DNA from: Minisyncoccota bacterium
GTDB taxonomy: Bacteria; Patescibacteriota; Minisyncoccia; UBA6257; 1-14-0-10-44-23
Reading direction: 5' to 3'
NCBI GenBank assembly: GCA_041389085.1
Contig: JAWKSL010000001.1
Coordinates: 102,765 to 166,764 of the forward strand
DNA length: 64,000 bases
Both the position numbers and the translations under genes were made by a program. Positions 28,445 through 36,561 of this stretch are shown in pieces (position 1 is the first letter of the stretch; each line of letters begins with the position of its first letter). The notes under the pieces were generated by a model, which was not told the origin of the DNA, made no database searches, and saw nothing but the letters and a program-made list of their open reading frames with translations.

Positions 28445-28637
28445 AATTAAAAATCTTAAATTTGTAATGCTTCTTTTAATTTATAGTATCATGTGCGATT
28501 TTCCTTTTTAACGCTGCTGCGCCGTCAGTGCGTGCGCAGCAGCGAAAAAGGATTTACCCTTATGCCCAATTTATATTGGGCGCTCCTCACACACTTTAAA
28601 AGACGACTCTTTAGTTATTTTCTTACACCTTTTGTAT

Positions 28638-28666
28638 TTGACATTTCACTATTAATGTTTGATAGT
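28638..28666 (+). promoter_or_regulatory. sigma70-like promoter TTGACA-17-GATAGT
   Basis: perfect -35 28638-28643; upstream of 28692 gene. Confidence 0.35.
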
Positions 28667-28691
28667 AATTAAAGTCTTTGGAGGACGATCA

Positions 28692-29027
28692 ATGGGACTT
28701 CCCCGTAACTCGTATGACGCCCTCCTTAGGAGGGCGTGGGACATCTTGCAGGATCAGTGGGTTGACCACGTCAATCCGCGAGTCCTTGCATCGTGCGCCG
28801 TTGGTCGCGCGCGAGCTGAGCTTGCTGTTGCCATGAGCGCCCTGAGCGACGAAGAGAGGCACAGCATGTATGCCCGGCTCGAGAAGATGGAAGCGAAGCA
28901 CCGCGACCGTCTTCGAGAGCTTGCTGCTGAGCGCAAAGCTCGGCGGGCCAAGGCCTACTCAGGTAGCCTTCCTCGCTCACTGCGTGGTGGCAACCACGGA
29001 AATGCCCTTCCACGGGGCGACCGATAG
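28692..29027 (+). CDS. hypothetical protein (island G)
   Basis: GGAGG 6 nt upstream of ATG. Confidence 0.45.
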   Translation: MGLPRNSYDALLRRAWDILQDQWVDHVNPRVLASCAVGRARAELAVAMSALSDEERHSMYARLEKMEAKHRDRLRELAAERKARRAKAYSGSLPRSLRGGNHGNALPRGDR

Positions 29028-29122
29028 CAACGAGCGGCTTTTCCTAACGGAGAGGTCGCTCGTTTTGCTTTCACTACTTGCCGGGCGTATAATAAAGGCA
29101 ATATTCAATAACAATTTACTCC

Positions 29123-29557
29123 ATGAAAAAAACAAGTGTTCTTATATTAATCATCCTCGCTCTCCTCATCGGCTTTATGGTGTGGCGATTTATTAATATT
29201 TCGAAAAAGGACGCCATTGTTGTAATTGGAGAAGGAAGCGTTGAAGTAGTAGACCAGAAGCCAGGGCAGCTTGGTACCACAATAAAGGAAGTGCGCTTGG
29301 CGCAAAACGGGTTTGTAGTAATAAAGGGAGTAGTAAACGGCAATGCTGGAGTTACTGTAGGAGTAAGCAAACTTCTTCGCGCTGGAGTACACAAAAATGT
29401 GCAAGTACTCATGGAGCTTGTACCGGGGCAGGAGTACGCCGTATTTCTCTATGCGGACAACGGAAACGGAGTCTTTGATGACTTAGACGATGTGCTCATA
29501 GAAGAAAGCGAAGCTCACTTCTTCGTAGATGAAGATGAGGCCTTCTTTGGAAAATAA
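29123..29557 (+). CDS. membrane-anchored hypothetical protein
   Basis: N-terminal TM. Confidence 0.5.
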   Translation: MKKTSVLILIILALLIGFMVWRFINISKKDAIVVIGEGSVEVVDQKPGQLGTTIKEVRLAQNGFVVIKGVVNGNAGVTVGVSKLLRAGVHKNVQVLMELVPGQEYAVFLYADNGNGVFDDLDDVLIEESEAHFFVDEDEAFFGK

Positions 29558-29561
29558 ACCT

Positions 29562-29590
29562 AAAACCCGCGAAAGCGGGTTTTTTATTTT
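29562..29590 (+). terminator. intrinsic terminator
   Basis: aaaacccgcgaaagcgggttttttatttt. Confidence 0.7.
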
Positions 29591-30852
29591 CTTCGTATAA
29601 ACTTTGTGCGCTGTCTTCGCCCGAAGTTTATTGAAAACCGGTGTGCCTCGTCGCGCACTTGCTGGAAGACTTTTTTAGAACCAACTAAAAGCTCTTTGCC
29701 TACTTTTTTTGTATTTAAAATAACCAGCTTGTCGTTTTTCGCACTACTTTGACTGTGCATACCTGCTTTTGATAGGCCGACTACTGGAGGACGCATATTG
29801 TTTATAGCTAAAATGTCGCGCACTGCTTTTACTTGCGCGAGCCCACCGTCTACAAACACTATATCTGGCATAGCCCACTCGGCGTGCTTTATTCTTCGCT
29901 CGACTACTTCCTTGAGCATGTCTGTGTCGCTCTGAGTTTTTTCTCCTCTTATCTTGAAAATTCTATACTCTGCTTTGTTTGGCTCGTTGTCTTCAAACAC
30001 AACCATTGCGCCTACTGGTTCCTTACCGGCTAAATGACTTATATCGTAGCCTTCGATTCTTAGCGAAGAAAGTTCGTTTGATTTTTGCAGGAGTTTTGAA
30101 GACTTTTGCAAAAGCGCTATGTCGCGCACGTGGTCGAGGGCGCGAATAGCTTCGTTGCTCTTTTCCTTTTTGAGTGCTGAAAGGAGGCGCTTCTTTTCCC
30201 CTTTGAAGAAAAAAATAAGGTTTGAAATGTTTTTCTTATACTCTTTGCTACTCACCTGCCCCGTGCAGACACCCGGGCAAAGGCCTATTTGAAAATGGAA
30301 ACATGGGCGCTTTGAATTTGGTGTACATGTTGAGTATGGAAAGATCGGGCGCAAAAGCTCGAGGGCTGTTTTTAGAATTCGATAGCTTTGATATGGGCCA
30401 AATACATATACTCCCGCGCGCGGGCGACTTGTCCCCTGCGACATATATTTTGCTAAATCTTTTCCGCGCACTACAAGCAGCTTTGGAAAGTCTTTCTTCG
30501 TATCGATAACGAGGTAGATAAAAGACTTGTCGTCTTTTTCTTTTACGTTGTACTTTGGCCAATACTTTTTAATCAAGTTTGCTTCAAGTACCACTGCTTC
30601 AAGCAAAGTTTTTGTTTGCTCCCAATCAAGACTCACTGCCGTTTCTACCATCTCTGCTATACGGCTATCTTTCGTATTGAAGTAGTTTTGTAGTCTATTT
30701 TTTAACGAGCCTGCGCGGCCGATATAAAGAATATCGTTATTCGTGCGCCCCCGCCCAAGGCGGGTCCGCCTCTGGCGGAAAAAGTACACCCCTGGCTTAT
30801 TTGGGGCTTTCTTTGCTTTATTTCTAAGCTTGTCGCGTTTAGATTTCGGCAT
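29584..30852 (-). CDS. uvrC: excinuclease ABC subunit C, compact form lacking C-terminal (HhH)2
   Basis: GIY-YIG (KPGVYFF..ILYIGRAGSLKNRL), Cys4, UVR motif, endonuclease domain IEGYDISH...RDEAHRF; start set at MPKSKRD (30852). Confidence 0.85.
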   Translation of the reverse strand: MPKSKRDKLRNKAKKAPNKPGVYFFRQRRTRLGRGRTNNDILYIGRAGSLKNRLQNYFNTKDSRIAEMVETAVSLDWEQTKTLLEAVVLEANLIKKYWPKYNVKEKDDKSFIYLVIDTKKDFPKLLVVRGKDLAKYMSQGTSRPRAGVYVFGPYQSYRILKTALELLRPIFPYSTCTPNSKRPCFHFQIGLCPGVCTGQVSSKEYKKNISNLIFFFKGEKKRLLSALKKEKSNEAIRALDHVRDIALLQKSSKLLQKSNELSSLRIEGYDISHLAGKEPVGAMVVFEDNEPNKAEYRIFKIRGEKTQSDTDMLKEVVERRIKHAEWAMPDIVFVDGGLAQVKAVRDILAINNMRPPVVGLSKAGMHSQSSAKNDKLVILNTKKVGKELLVGSKKVFQQVRDEAHRFSINFGRRQRTKFIRRK

Positions 30853-30910
30853 AGTTGCTTTGGTTAGTATAAGCTTGAGCCCTCGCAATAGTCTACTGCG
30901 AGGGCTCGTA

Positions 30911-31144
30911 CTAGAAGCGAAGGCCTCCTTCCTGCCACCACCCTTTCGGCCATCGTAGCCTCTGAAAGGGCGGGTTGAAACGCGGAGGCATGTACTGGTT
31001 GCGCGGGCGCTTGCGAAGGCGCTCTTCCTCTGCCTCCTCAAAGGCCTTGAGCTCTTCGGGCGTGGGCGGGCGAAACTCGATCTTGCCGCCCGCTGCCCGG
31101 TGAAGCCTTGCGAGAATGTTGTCTTCTGGCGCTTGCTCTACCAT
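30911..31144 (-). CDS. hypothetical protein (island H)
   Basis: ORF only. Confidence 0.3.
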   Translation of the reverse strand: MVEQAPEDNILARLHRAAGGKIEFRPPTPEELKAFEEAEEERLRKRPRNQYMPPRFNPPFQRLRWPKGWWQEGGLRF

Positions 31145-31226
31145 GAAGGTCTCCTTTCACTTTTATTTTACCCCAAACTGAAGCGGCCACCCTGCGTAAT
31201 GCTGAGTGGCCGCTGCGTTGGTTGGG

Positions 31227-31766
31227 CTAGGCTTCCTCTCGGAAGAACCTGCCCTGCCCTGCGTCCTCGATGATCTTCTCTTGGACGCAGGCCTTGTGGA
31301 GCTCCTTGAACTTGGTTCGGAACTCTTCTGGGTCGATAAGCGCTTCAACTTCGAGGTCTGTGGTGGGGATTTCGCCCTTCTCACACCTCTCTGCCCGATC
31401 CAGCGCCCGTGCGAGCTCTCGCAGACGCTTATGTGCACGTCGGCGCAGCTCATCTCTTCCCAGCTCGAGCCCTTCCTCATCCACGCTGAGCTCATCTAGG
31501 ATCCGCCTCAGGCTGCGCTCGCGGTTTTGCAGAGTCGACAGCACCCACACAGATACTGCGAAAAGTGCCACTCCGATGAAGACTAGAGGGCTTAGCTCTG
31601 GCATGGGCGCTGCGAGCTTGGCTTCCCTGGGGAGATCACGATACGCATCATGCTGTATCGCATAGTAGATCACTCCGCCAAAAGATCCTACCATCCCGAG
31701 AACTAGCCCGAGGATTGAGCAGTTGATGGCTACATTGAGAGCCCGGTACTTTTGAATGATCTTCAC
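31227..31766 (-). CDS. hypothetical membrane protein (island H)
   Basis: GTG start, GGAAAGG upstream; two TM helices. Confidence 0.45.
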   Translation of the reverse strand: MKIIQKYRALNVAINCSILGLVLGMVGSFGGVIYYAIQHDAYRDLPREAKLAAPMPELSPLVFIGVALFAVSVWVLSTLQNRERSLRRILDELSVDEEGLELGRDELRRRAHKRLRELARALDRAERCEKGEIPTTDLEVEALIDPEEFRTKFKELHKACVQEKIIEDAGQGRFFREEA

Positions 31767-31890
31767 TTGAAACCTTTCCGACCTTCGCGCAATGGAGGTT
31801 TCATCACCTCACTCCTGCAAGGATTCGCGCCCCTGCAACAGCACTTCATTGCCACGCATTGGCGGTCGTTTTGCCAATTTCGCTTCTATT

Positions 31891-31920
31891 ATTATACCAC
31901 TAAATAGCCCCTTTTGTCAA
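31891..31920 (-). promoter_or_regulatory. consensus sigma70 promoter TTGACA-18-TATAAT (minus strand)
   Basis: minus strand TTGACA (31915-31920) and TATAAT (31891-31896); overlaps uvrA terminator hairpin aatagcc/ggctatt. Confidence 0.45.
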
Positions 31921-31931
31921 GTGGCTATTTT

Positions 31932-34502
31932 TTAGAGATAGTCTTTGAGGAAGCGGCCGGTGTGGCTCTTTGGGTGCTTGGCTATTTGCTCTGGAGTGCC
32001 TTCGGCTACTATTTTCCCTCCTCCAGCTCCTCCTTCTGGGCCCATGTCTATGATCCAATCTGCGAGCTTGATAACGTGCATGTTGTGCTCGATGAGCACT
32101 ACGGTGTTCCCCTTCTCTACAAGCTTGTTGAGCACGGTCATTAGCATCTTTATATCTTCATAGTGAAGTCCTGTTGTTGGCTCGTCGAGAATGAAAAGAT
32201 TTTTCCTTGCGAGTGGGCGGGCGAGCTCCTTACTGAGCTTTATTCTTTGTGCTTCTCCTCCTGAGAGCGTTGTTGCGCTTTGGCCAAGCTTAATGTAGCC
32301 AAGACCTACGTCTTTAAGAACCTTCAACTTGTCTGCTATGTGGTAAATGTCTTGGAAAATTTCGTAGGCGTCTTCTACTGTCATGTTGAGCACATCAGCG
32401 ATACTCTTGCCTTTGTACTCTACTTCGAGGGTTTCTCTGTTGAAGCGCTGGCCCATACAAACTTCGCAGCTTACATACACGTCTGGAAGGAAGTGCATTT
32501 CGATAACCTTAACTCCGGCTCCTTCGCAGGCTTCGCAGCGTCCGCCTTTTACGTTGAAACTAAAGCGCCCACTTCCGTACCCTCTCTCCTTTGCTTCTGG
32601 GAGCATTGAAAAAAGATCGCGAATTGGGCTAAACACACCTGTGTAGGTTGCTGGGTTTGAGCGCGGGGTTTTACCGATTGGTTTTTGGTCAATTTCGATA
32701 ACTTTTTTTATAAATTCGGTACCGAGTACTTTTGATACGTTTTCGAGGTTGTTGTTAAATCCGCCAAGCTTCTTTTGTATGTTTTTATAGAAGATATCGT
32801 CTATCAGCGTACTCTTCCCGCTTCCTGAAACTCCGGTAATACATACAAGCCTACTGAGCGGCACGGTAACATCGAGATTTTTAATATTGTTTTTTGTAGC
32901 ACCAACAAGCTTTATGTTTGCCTTGTCTTTGTTTCTTCGAGTTTTTGGAACTTCTATTTCTTCTTTTCCGGTTAAGTAGTTTAGGGTTAAGCTTCTCGAT
33001 GCACTCGAAGCTGCGCTGCCTTTGCCACCTTTTTTCTCTTTCTGTTTCGAGCCTGTCGAAAAACTTGCCAAAAGCTCTTTTGTTGGCCCGTGTACTACAA
33101 CGTTTCCTCCGTGCACCCCTGGGCCAGGACCTATTTCTACAAAATGATCGCTTTCTTTTAGTACGCGCTCGTCGTGCTCTACGACAAGTACGGTGTTTCC
33201 AAGATTTTTTAGATCTTTAAGAATTTTAATGAGGCGCTCGTTGTCGCGCTCATGGAGCCCTATGGTTGGCTCATCGAGCACATAGAGCGTACCGCTGAGC
33301 TTTGAACCTATCTGGCTTGCAAGACGAATACGCTGAGCCTCTCCTCCTGAAAGAGTTCCGCTCTCGCGGTTGAGAGTAAGGTAGTCGAGCCCTACCTGAA
33401 GAAGGAAGTCGAGCCTATCTACTATTTCCTTTAGTGCGTTTACTGCTATCTTCTTTTCGTTTTCAGTAAGGTGCTTTGGAAGCTCGGCAAAAAATTCGTA
33501 GGCCTTGTCGATGGTAAGCGCGGTAGCCTCTGAAATGTTTTTGTCGAGAATTTTTATTGAGAGCGGCTCTATCTTTAGTCTGTTTCCTTTACATACTTCA
33601 CAGACTGATTCTTGAATAAACGGGTTTCGCCCAATACCATGGCACTCTTCACACGCTCCGTATGGACTGTTGAATGAAAAAAGGCGCGGAGTTATTTCTG
33701 GGAAAGAAAATCCTGTCTTTGGATCGGTAAAGCTTGCGGAAAGGACTATGCTGTCTTCCTCTACTGCAGCTCCTGGGTCTTCGCCAAATACGACGCTTAC
33801 TAGCCCCTGGCCTTCGTAAAGCGCTGTTTCTACCGCTTCAAACAGGCGCTGCTGATCGTTTGGCATAAGCTTGTCTACTACTATGTCTATGTCGTGCATG
33901 CCGTAGCGCTTAAGCTCTACCTTTTCGTGTAGGCTCTGCCACTTTCCATCGATGCGTGCTTCTGAAAACCCTTTTGCAAAATAGTTTTGTAAAAGCTGGA
34001 AGTACTCTCCTTTTCTTCCGCGAACTACGGGAGCTAAAATTGTAACCACCTTTGCCTTACGCTTTTTTGCTTGGGTAATGACGGCGTCTACCATTTCTTC
34101 CGGACTGAGCTTTTGAATTTTCTCCCCTGTTTCTGGATGGTAAGGAACTCCAATACGCGCGTAAAGTACGCGCATGTAGTCATAAATTTCCGTTAGCGTT
34201 GCAACGGTAGAGCGCGGGTTTGCGCTGTGAGCTTTTTGATCTATGGCTATGGCTGGTGAAAGCCCTGTTATTTCGTCTACATCTGGCTTTTCCATTTGCC
34301 CGAGAAACTGGCGCGCGTATGGAGAAAGACTTTCTACATAGCGGCGCTGACCCTCAGCAAAGATAGTATCGAATGCTAAAGAGCTCTTCCCGCTTCCAGA
34401 AAGACCAGAAAATACGATCATTTCATTTCTTGGCAACTCAAGATCGATATTTTTTAAGTTGTGTACGCGAGCTCCGCGAATCGTTATCTTTTTTGCATCC
34501 AT
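31932..34502 (-). CDS. uvrA: excinuclease ABC subunit A
   Basis: two ABC modules, GLSGSGKSSLAFDTIFAEGQRRY; start set at MDAKKITIRG (34502). Confidence 0.9.
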   Translation of the reverse strand: MDAKKITIRGARVHNLKNIDLELPRNEMIVFSGLSGSGKSSLAFDTIFAEGQRRYVESLSPYARQFLGQMEKPDVDEITGLSPAIAIDQKAHSANPRSTVATLTEIYDYMRVLYARIGVPYHPETGEKIQKLSPEEMVDAVITQAKKRKAKVVTILAPVVRGRKGEYFQLLQNYFAKGFSEARIDGKWQSLHEKVELKRYGMHDIDIVVDKLMPNDQQRLFEAVETALYEGQGLVSVVFGEDPGAAVEEDSIVLSASFTDPKTGFSFPEITPRLFSFNSPYGACEECHGIGRNPFIQESVCEVCKGNRLKIEPLSIKILDKNISEATALTIDKAYEFFAELPKHLTENEKKIAVNALKEIVDRLDFLLQVGLDYLTLNRESGTLSGGEAQRIRLASQIGSKLSGTLYVLDEPTIGLHERDNERLIKILKDLKNLGNTVLVVEHDERVLKESDHFVEIGPGPGVHGGNVVVHGPTKELLASFSTGSKQKEKKGGKGSAASSASRSLTLNYLTGKEEIEVPKTRRNKDKANIKLVGATKNNIKNLDVTVPLSRLVCITGVSGSGKSTLIDDIFYKNIQKKLGGFNNNLENVSKVLGTEFIKKVIEIDQKPIGKTPRSNPATYTGVFSPIRDLFSMLPEAKERGYGSGRFSFNVKGGRCEACEGAGVKVIEMHFLPDVYVSCEVCMGQRFNRETLEVEYKGKSIADVLNMTVEDAYEIFQDIYHIADKLKVLKDVGLGYIKLGQSATTLSGGEAQRIKLSKELARPLARKNLFILDEPTTGLHYEDIKMLMTVLNKLVEKGNTVVLIEHNMHVIKLADWIIDMGPEGGAGGGKIVAEGTPEQIAKHPKSHTGRFLKDYL

Positions 34503-34504
34503 AA

Positions 34505-35215
34505 TTATTCGGCTTTTTTTAACATAACCATTTCGGCATTTATTCTCTGCCCCACTCTTGGTGAGGTCCATGCTCCCTGCATAACATCTTCTACAACGCT
34601 CCAGCCCTTTGGTAGATTTAGCTCCTTTAAAGCTCCAACATGGCTTTCTAGTGGTATATCTCCCACAACTTGGCGTACTGTTTCTGAAAATTCTTTTGTA
34701 ATTTCTTCAAAGCTTAAGGTAGCTGTCTTTTTTGCTTTCGCTAAAATAGACAAGATAACTTTTTCTATATCTTCTTTTGACACATAGTATAGAGCACTTA
34801 GAGATACAATATGATCGTAGCTTCCCTCTTGCTCTACTGCCTCTTCTATCCTGCCAAGAATCACCTTTTCATATCCCGCCTTAATTGCCTGCTGTGCCAT
34901 GCCTGGCGAAATATCTACTCCAGTTAGCTCAAAATTTGCCCCTTCAATTTTTTGAAGTGCATTTCCTACGACGCCTGGACCGCACCCAAGATCGAGCACT
35001 GTTCCACTTTTTACATCGTGATTTTGAAAGAAACGCAGCATAGTTTCGGGAAGAGCATAGTTTATCTTTTCTCCGTATGCATCTGCTTCATAACTTTCCG
35101 CCTCGGCGTCATACATAGCCGCAAACTTTTCTATCGGTTTCCCTTCGAGGCCATCTATGGCCTCTATCTTTCCTTCTTCGACGAGGCGTTCAAATTCTGA
35201 TTTATATTGCTCCAT
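34505..35215 (-). CDS. class I SAM-dependent methyltransferase
   Basis: motif I VLDLGCGPG. Confidence 0.8.
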   Translation of the reverse strand: MEQYKSEFERLVEEGKIEAIDGLEGKPIEKFAAMYDAEAESYEADAYGEKINYALPETMLRFFQNHDVKSGTVLDLGCGPGVVGNALQKIEGANFELTGVDISPGMAQQAIKAGYEKVILGRIEEAVEQEGSYDHIVSLSALYYVSKEDIEKVILSILAKAKKTATLSFEEITKEFSETVRQVVGDIPLESHVGALKELNLPKGWSVVEDVMQGAWTSPRVGQRINAEMVMLKKAE

Positions 35216-35285
35216 AGTATTGCGCCCCCATTTAACTCTATGGGGGTGATATGTGTAAACCTAGTATATACAAACTGGCTTTTTT

Positions 35286-35324
35286 GAAAAGTTTCAACCC
35301 CGCGGCGCATGATGCGACGCGGGG
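35286..35324 (-). repeat. repeat module copy 1 (hairpin terminator gaaaagtttcaa-ccccgcg..cgcgggg)
   Basis: 38/39 identical to 35766-35804. Confidence 0.7.
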
Positions 35325-35338
35325 TCTACTGGTGAGAG

Positions 35339-35746
35339 CTATGCATTTGCATTCTCTGCAAGCCAGGCGATGGCTCTGAGCTCCCTCTCTTCTCCTGGCC
35401 GCTGCTCTATATCCGCACCGACCCTCTTGCCGGAGAATTTGATGGGCCCCTTATCCCTTACGACCATGAGCATCATGATCTTGCCATTCCTGTGCCACTC
35501 GACATCGATCTGCTCACCGCGAGCTACTTCGGCATAGGTTGGCAAGGGAAAGCCGGGATACCTCTTCGCTGCCTTTCTAAGGTAGCGAATGAGCCTTCTC
35601 TGCGCCCTTTTGACAGCCTTGAGCTTCAGCTCTAAGGGCTCGCCCTCTGAGTCGAGAAGGTACGCTTCTGGAATGAGGCGGCGCCTCAATCTCCGAATGA
35701 ATGCTTCTACTCTTTGCACGACTAACTCCTTTTTTTCTTTCTGCAT
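35339..35746 (-). CDS. hypothetical protein (island I)
   Basis: ORF; alternative GTG start with GGAG RBS. Confidence 0.4.
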   Translation of the reverse strand: MQKEKKELVVQRVEAFIRRLRRRLIPEAYLLDSEGEPLELKLKAVKRAQRRLIRYLRKAAKRYPGFPLPTYAEVARGEQIDVEWHRNGKIMMLMVVRDKGPIKFSGKRVGADIEQRPGEERELRAIAWLAENANA

Positions 35747-35765
35747 TCATTTTTATGTATTGAAT

Positions 35766-35804
35766 GAAAAGTTTCAACCCCGCGGCGCATGGTGCGACGC
35801 GGGG
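35766..35804 (-). repeat. repeat module copy 2
   Basis: see copy 1. Confidence 0.7.
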
Positions 35805-35815
35805 TTGCGTTGAAG

Positions 35816-36079
35816 CTAGGCATCTACGCCTGCTCTGCGAAGGAACCTGCCGGCGCAGTCGCGAACCTCTCGCGAAAACTTCCTGCGCCTCTCCATCTCT
35901 GGAGCGACTAGGACCACCATGGCCTGGCCGACCTGCTTGGCTGTGCCAGTAAGGTCGCCAAGAAGCTTCTGAATCGACTCCTCGGCTCCCTTGCCCTTCG
36001 GGTCTCTGAGGTCGCACCCGATCATGTTGAGGATGCACGCTTCGTTGAGCGTTGCTCGAAAGACTACTTCCTTGGGCAT
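35816..36079 (-). CDS. hypothetical protein (island I)
   Basis: ORF. Confidence 0.35.
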   Translation of the reverse strand: MPKEVVFRATLNEACILNMIGCDLRDPKGKGAEESIQKLLGDLTGTAKQVGQAMVVLVAPEMERRRKFSREVRDCAGRFLRRAGVDA

Positions 36080-36516
36080 GTTCGCCTCCTTTGGGTGCTG
36101 TTTTCCAGAAATACTTCTAGTTGCCTAGCAAGCATCTCTGGAGTGGTCGTGTGAGTTACTACTCTACTGTCTTCCGACGTGCAGACGCCAAGGATCTCCT
36201 TGGCAGCTCTCAGGCTCTCCGGCTTGGGGTACCCGGTACGGTCGATGTAGCCACTGTCAATTGGCTTCTTCACTTGCGCCTCCTTCTTGTAGCGCACACT
36301 AGCCCTATCCAAGATCTCCCTTGCACTTTTCAGCGTTTTTTCTGAGAACGCCTCCTTTTTCTTCCTGGCTACGAGTGCCTCCATGCACCGAGCGATATCG
36401 ACTGAGGGGCCGCTGAGTTTGCCGACAAAGCGATCTACGCTCTCTGTATCACCCCTTCCTAAGGCGACTGCGATGACCATGAGAAAATTGGCTTGATCGA
36501 TGGTGACCCGTGACAT
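36064..36516 (-). CDS. hypothetical protein (island I)
   Basis: ORF overlapping downstream gene by 16 nt. Confidence 0.4.
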   Translation of the reverse strand: MSRVTIDQANFLMVIAVALGRGDTESVDRFVGKLSGPSVDIARCMEALVARKKKEAFSEKTLKSAREILDRASVRYKKEAQVKKPIDSGYIDRTGYPKPESLRAAKEILGVCTSEDSRVVTHTTTPEMLARQLEVFLENSTQRRRTCPRK

Positions 36517-36561
36517 CTACACCTCCTTGGTCTACTCCTAGCTTAGAGCGAGTTAAAAGGC

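Noticed and set aside
29584-30852. uvrC as a truncated pseudogene
   Set aside because: GIY-YIG, UVR and the C-terminal endonuclease domain (IEGYDISH...RDEAHRF) are all present. Only the terminal HhH2 is missing, consistent with a compact but probably functional form.
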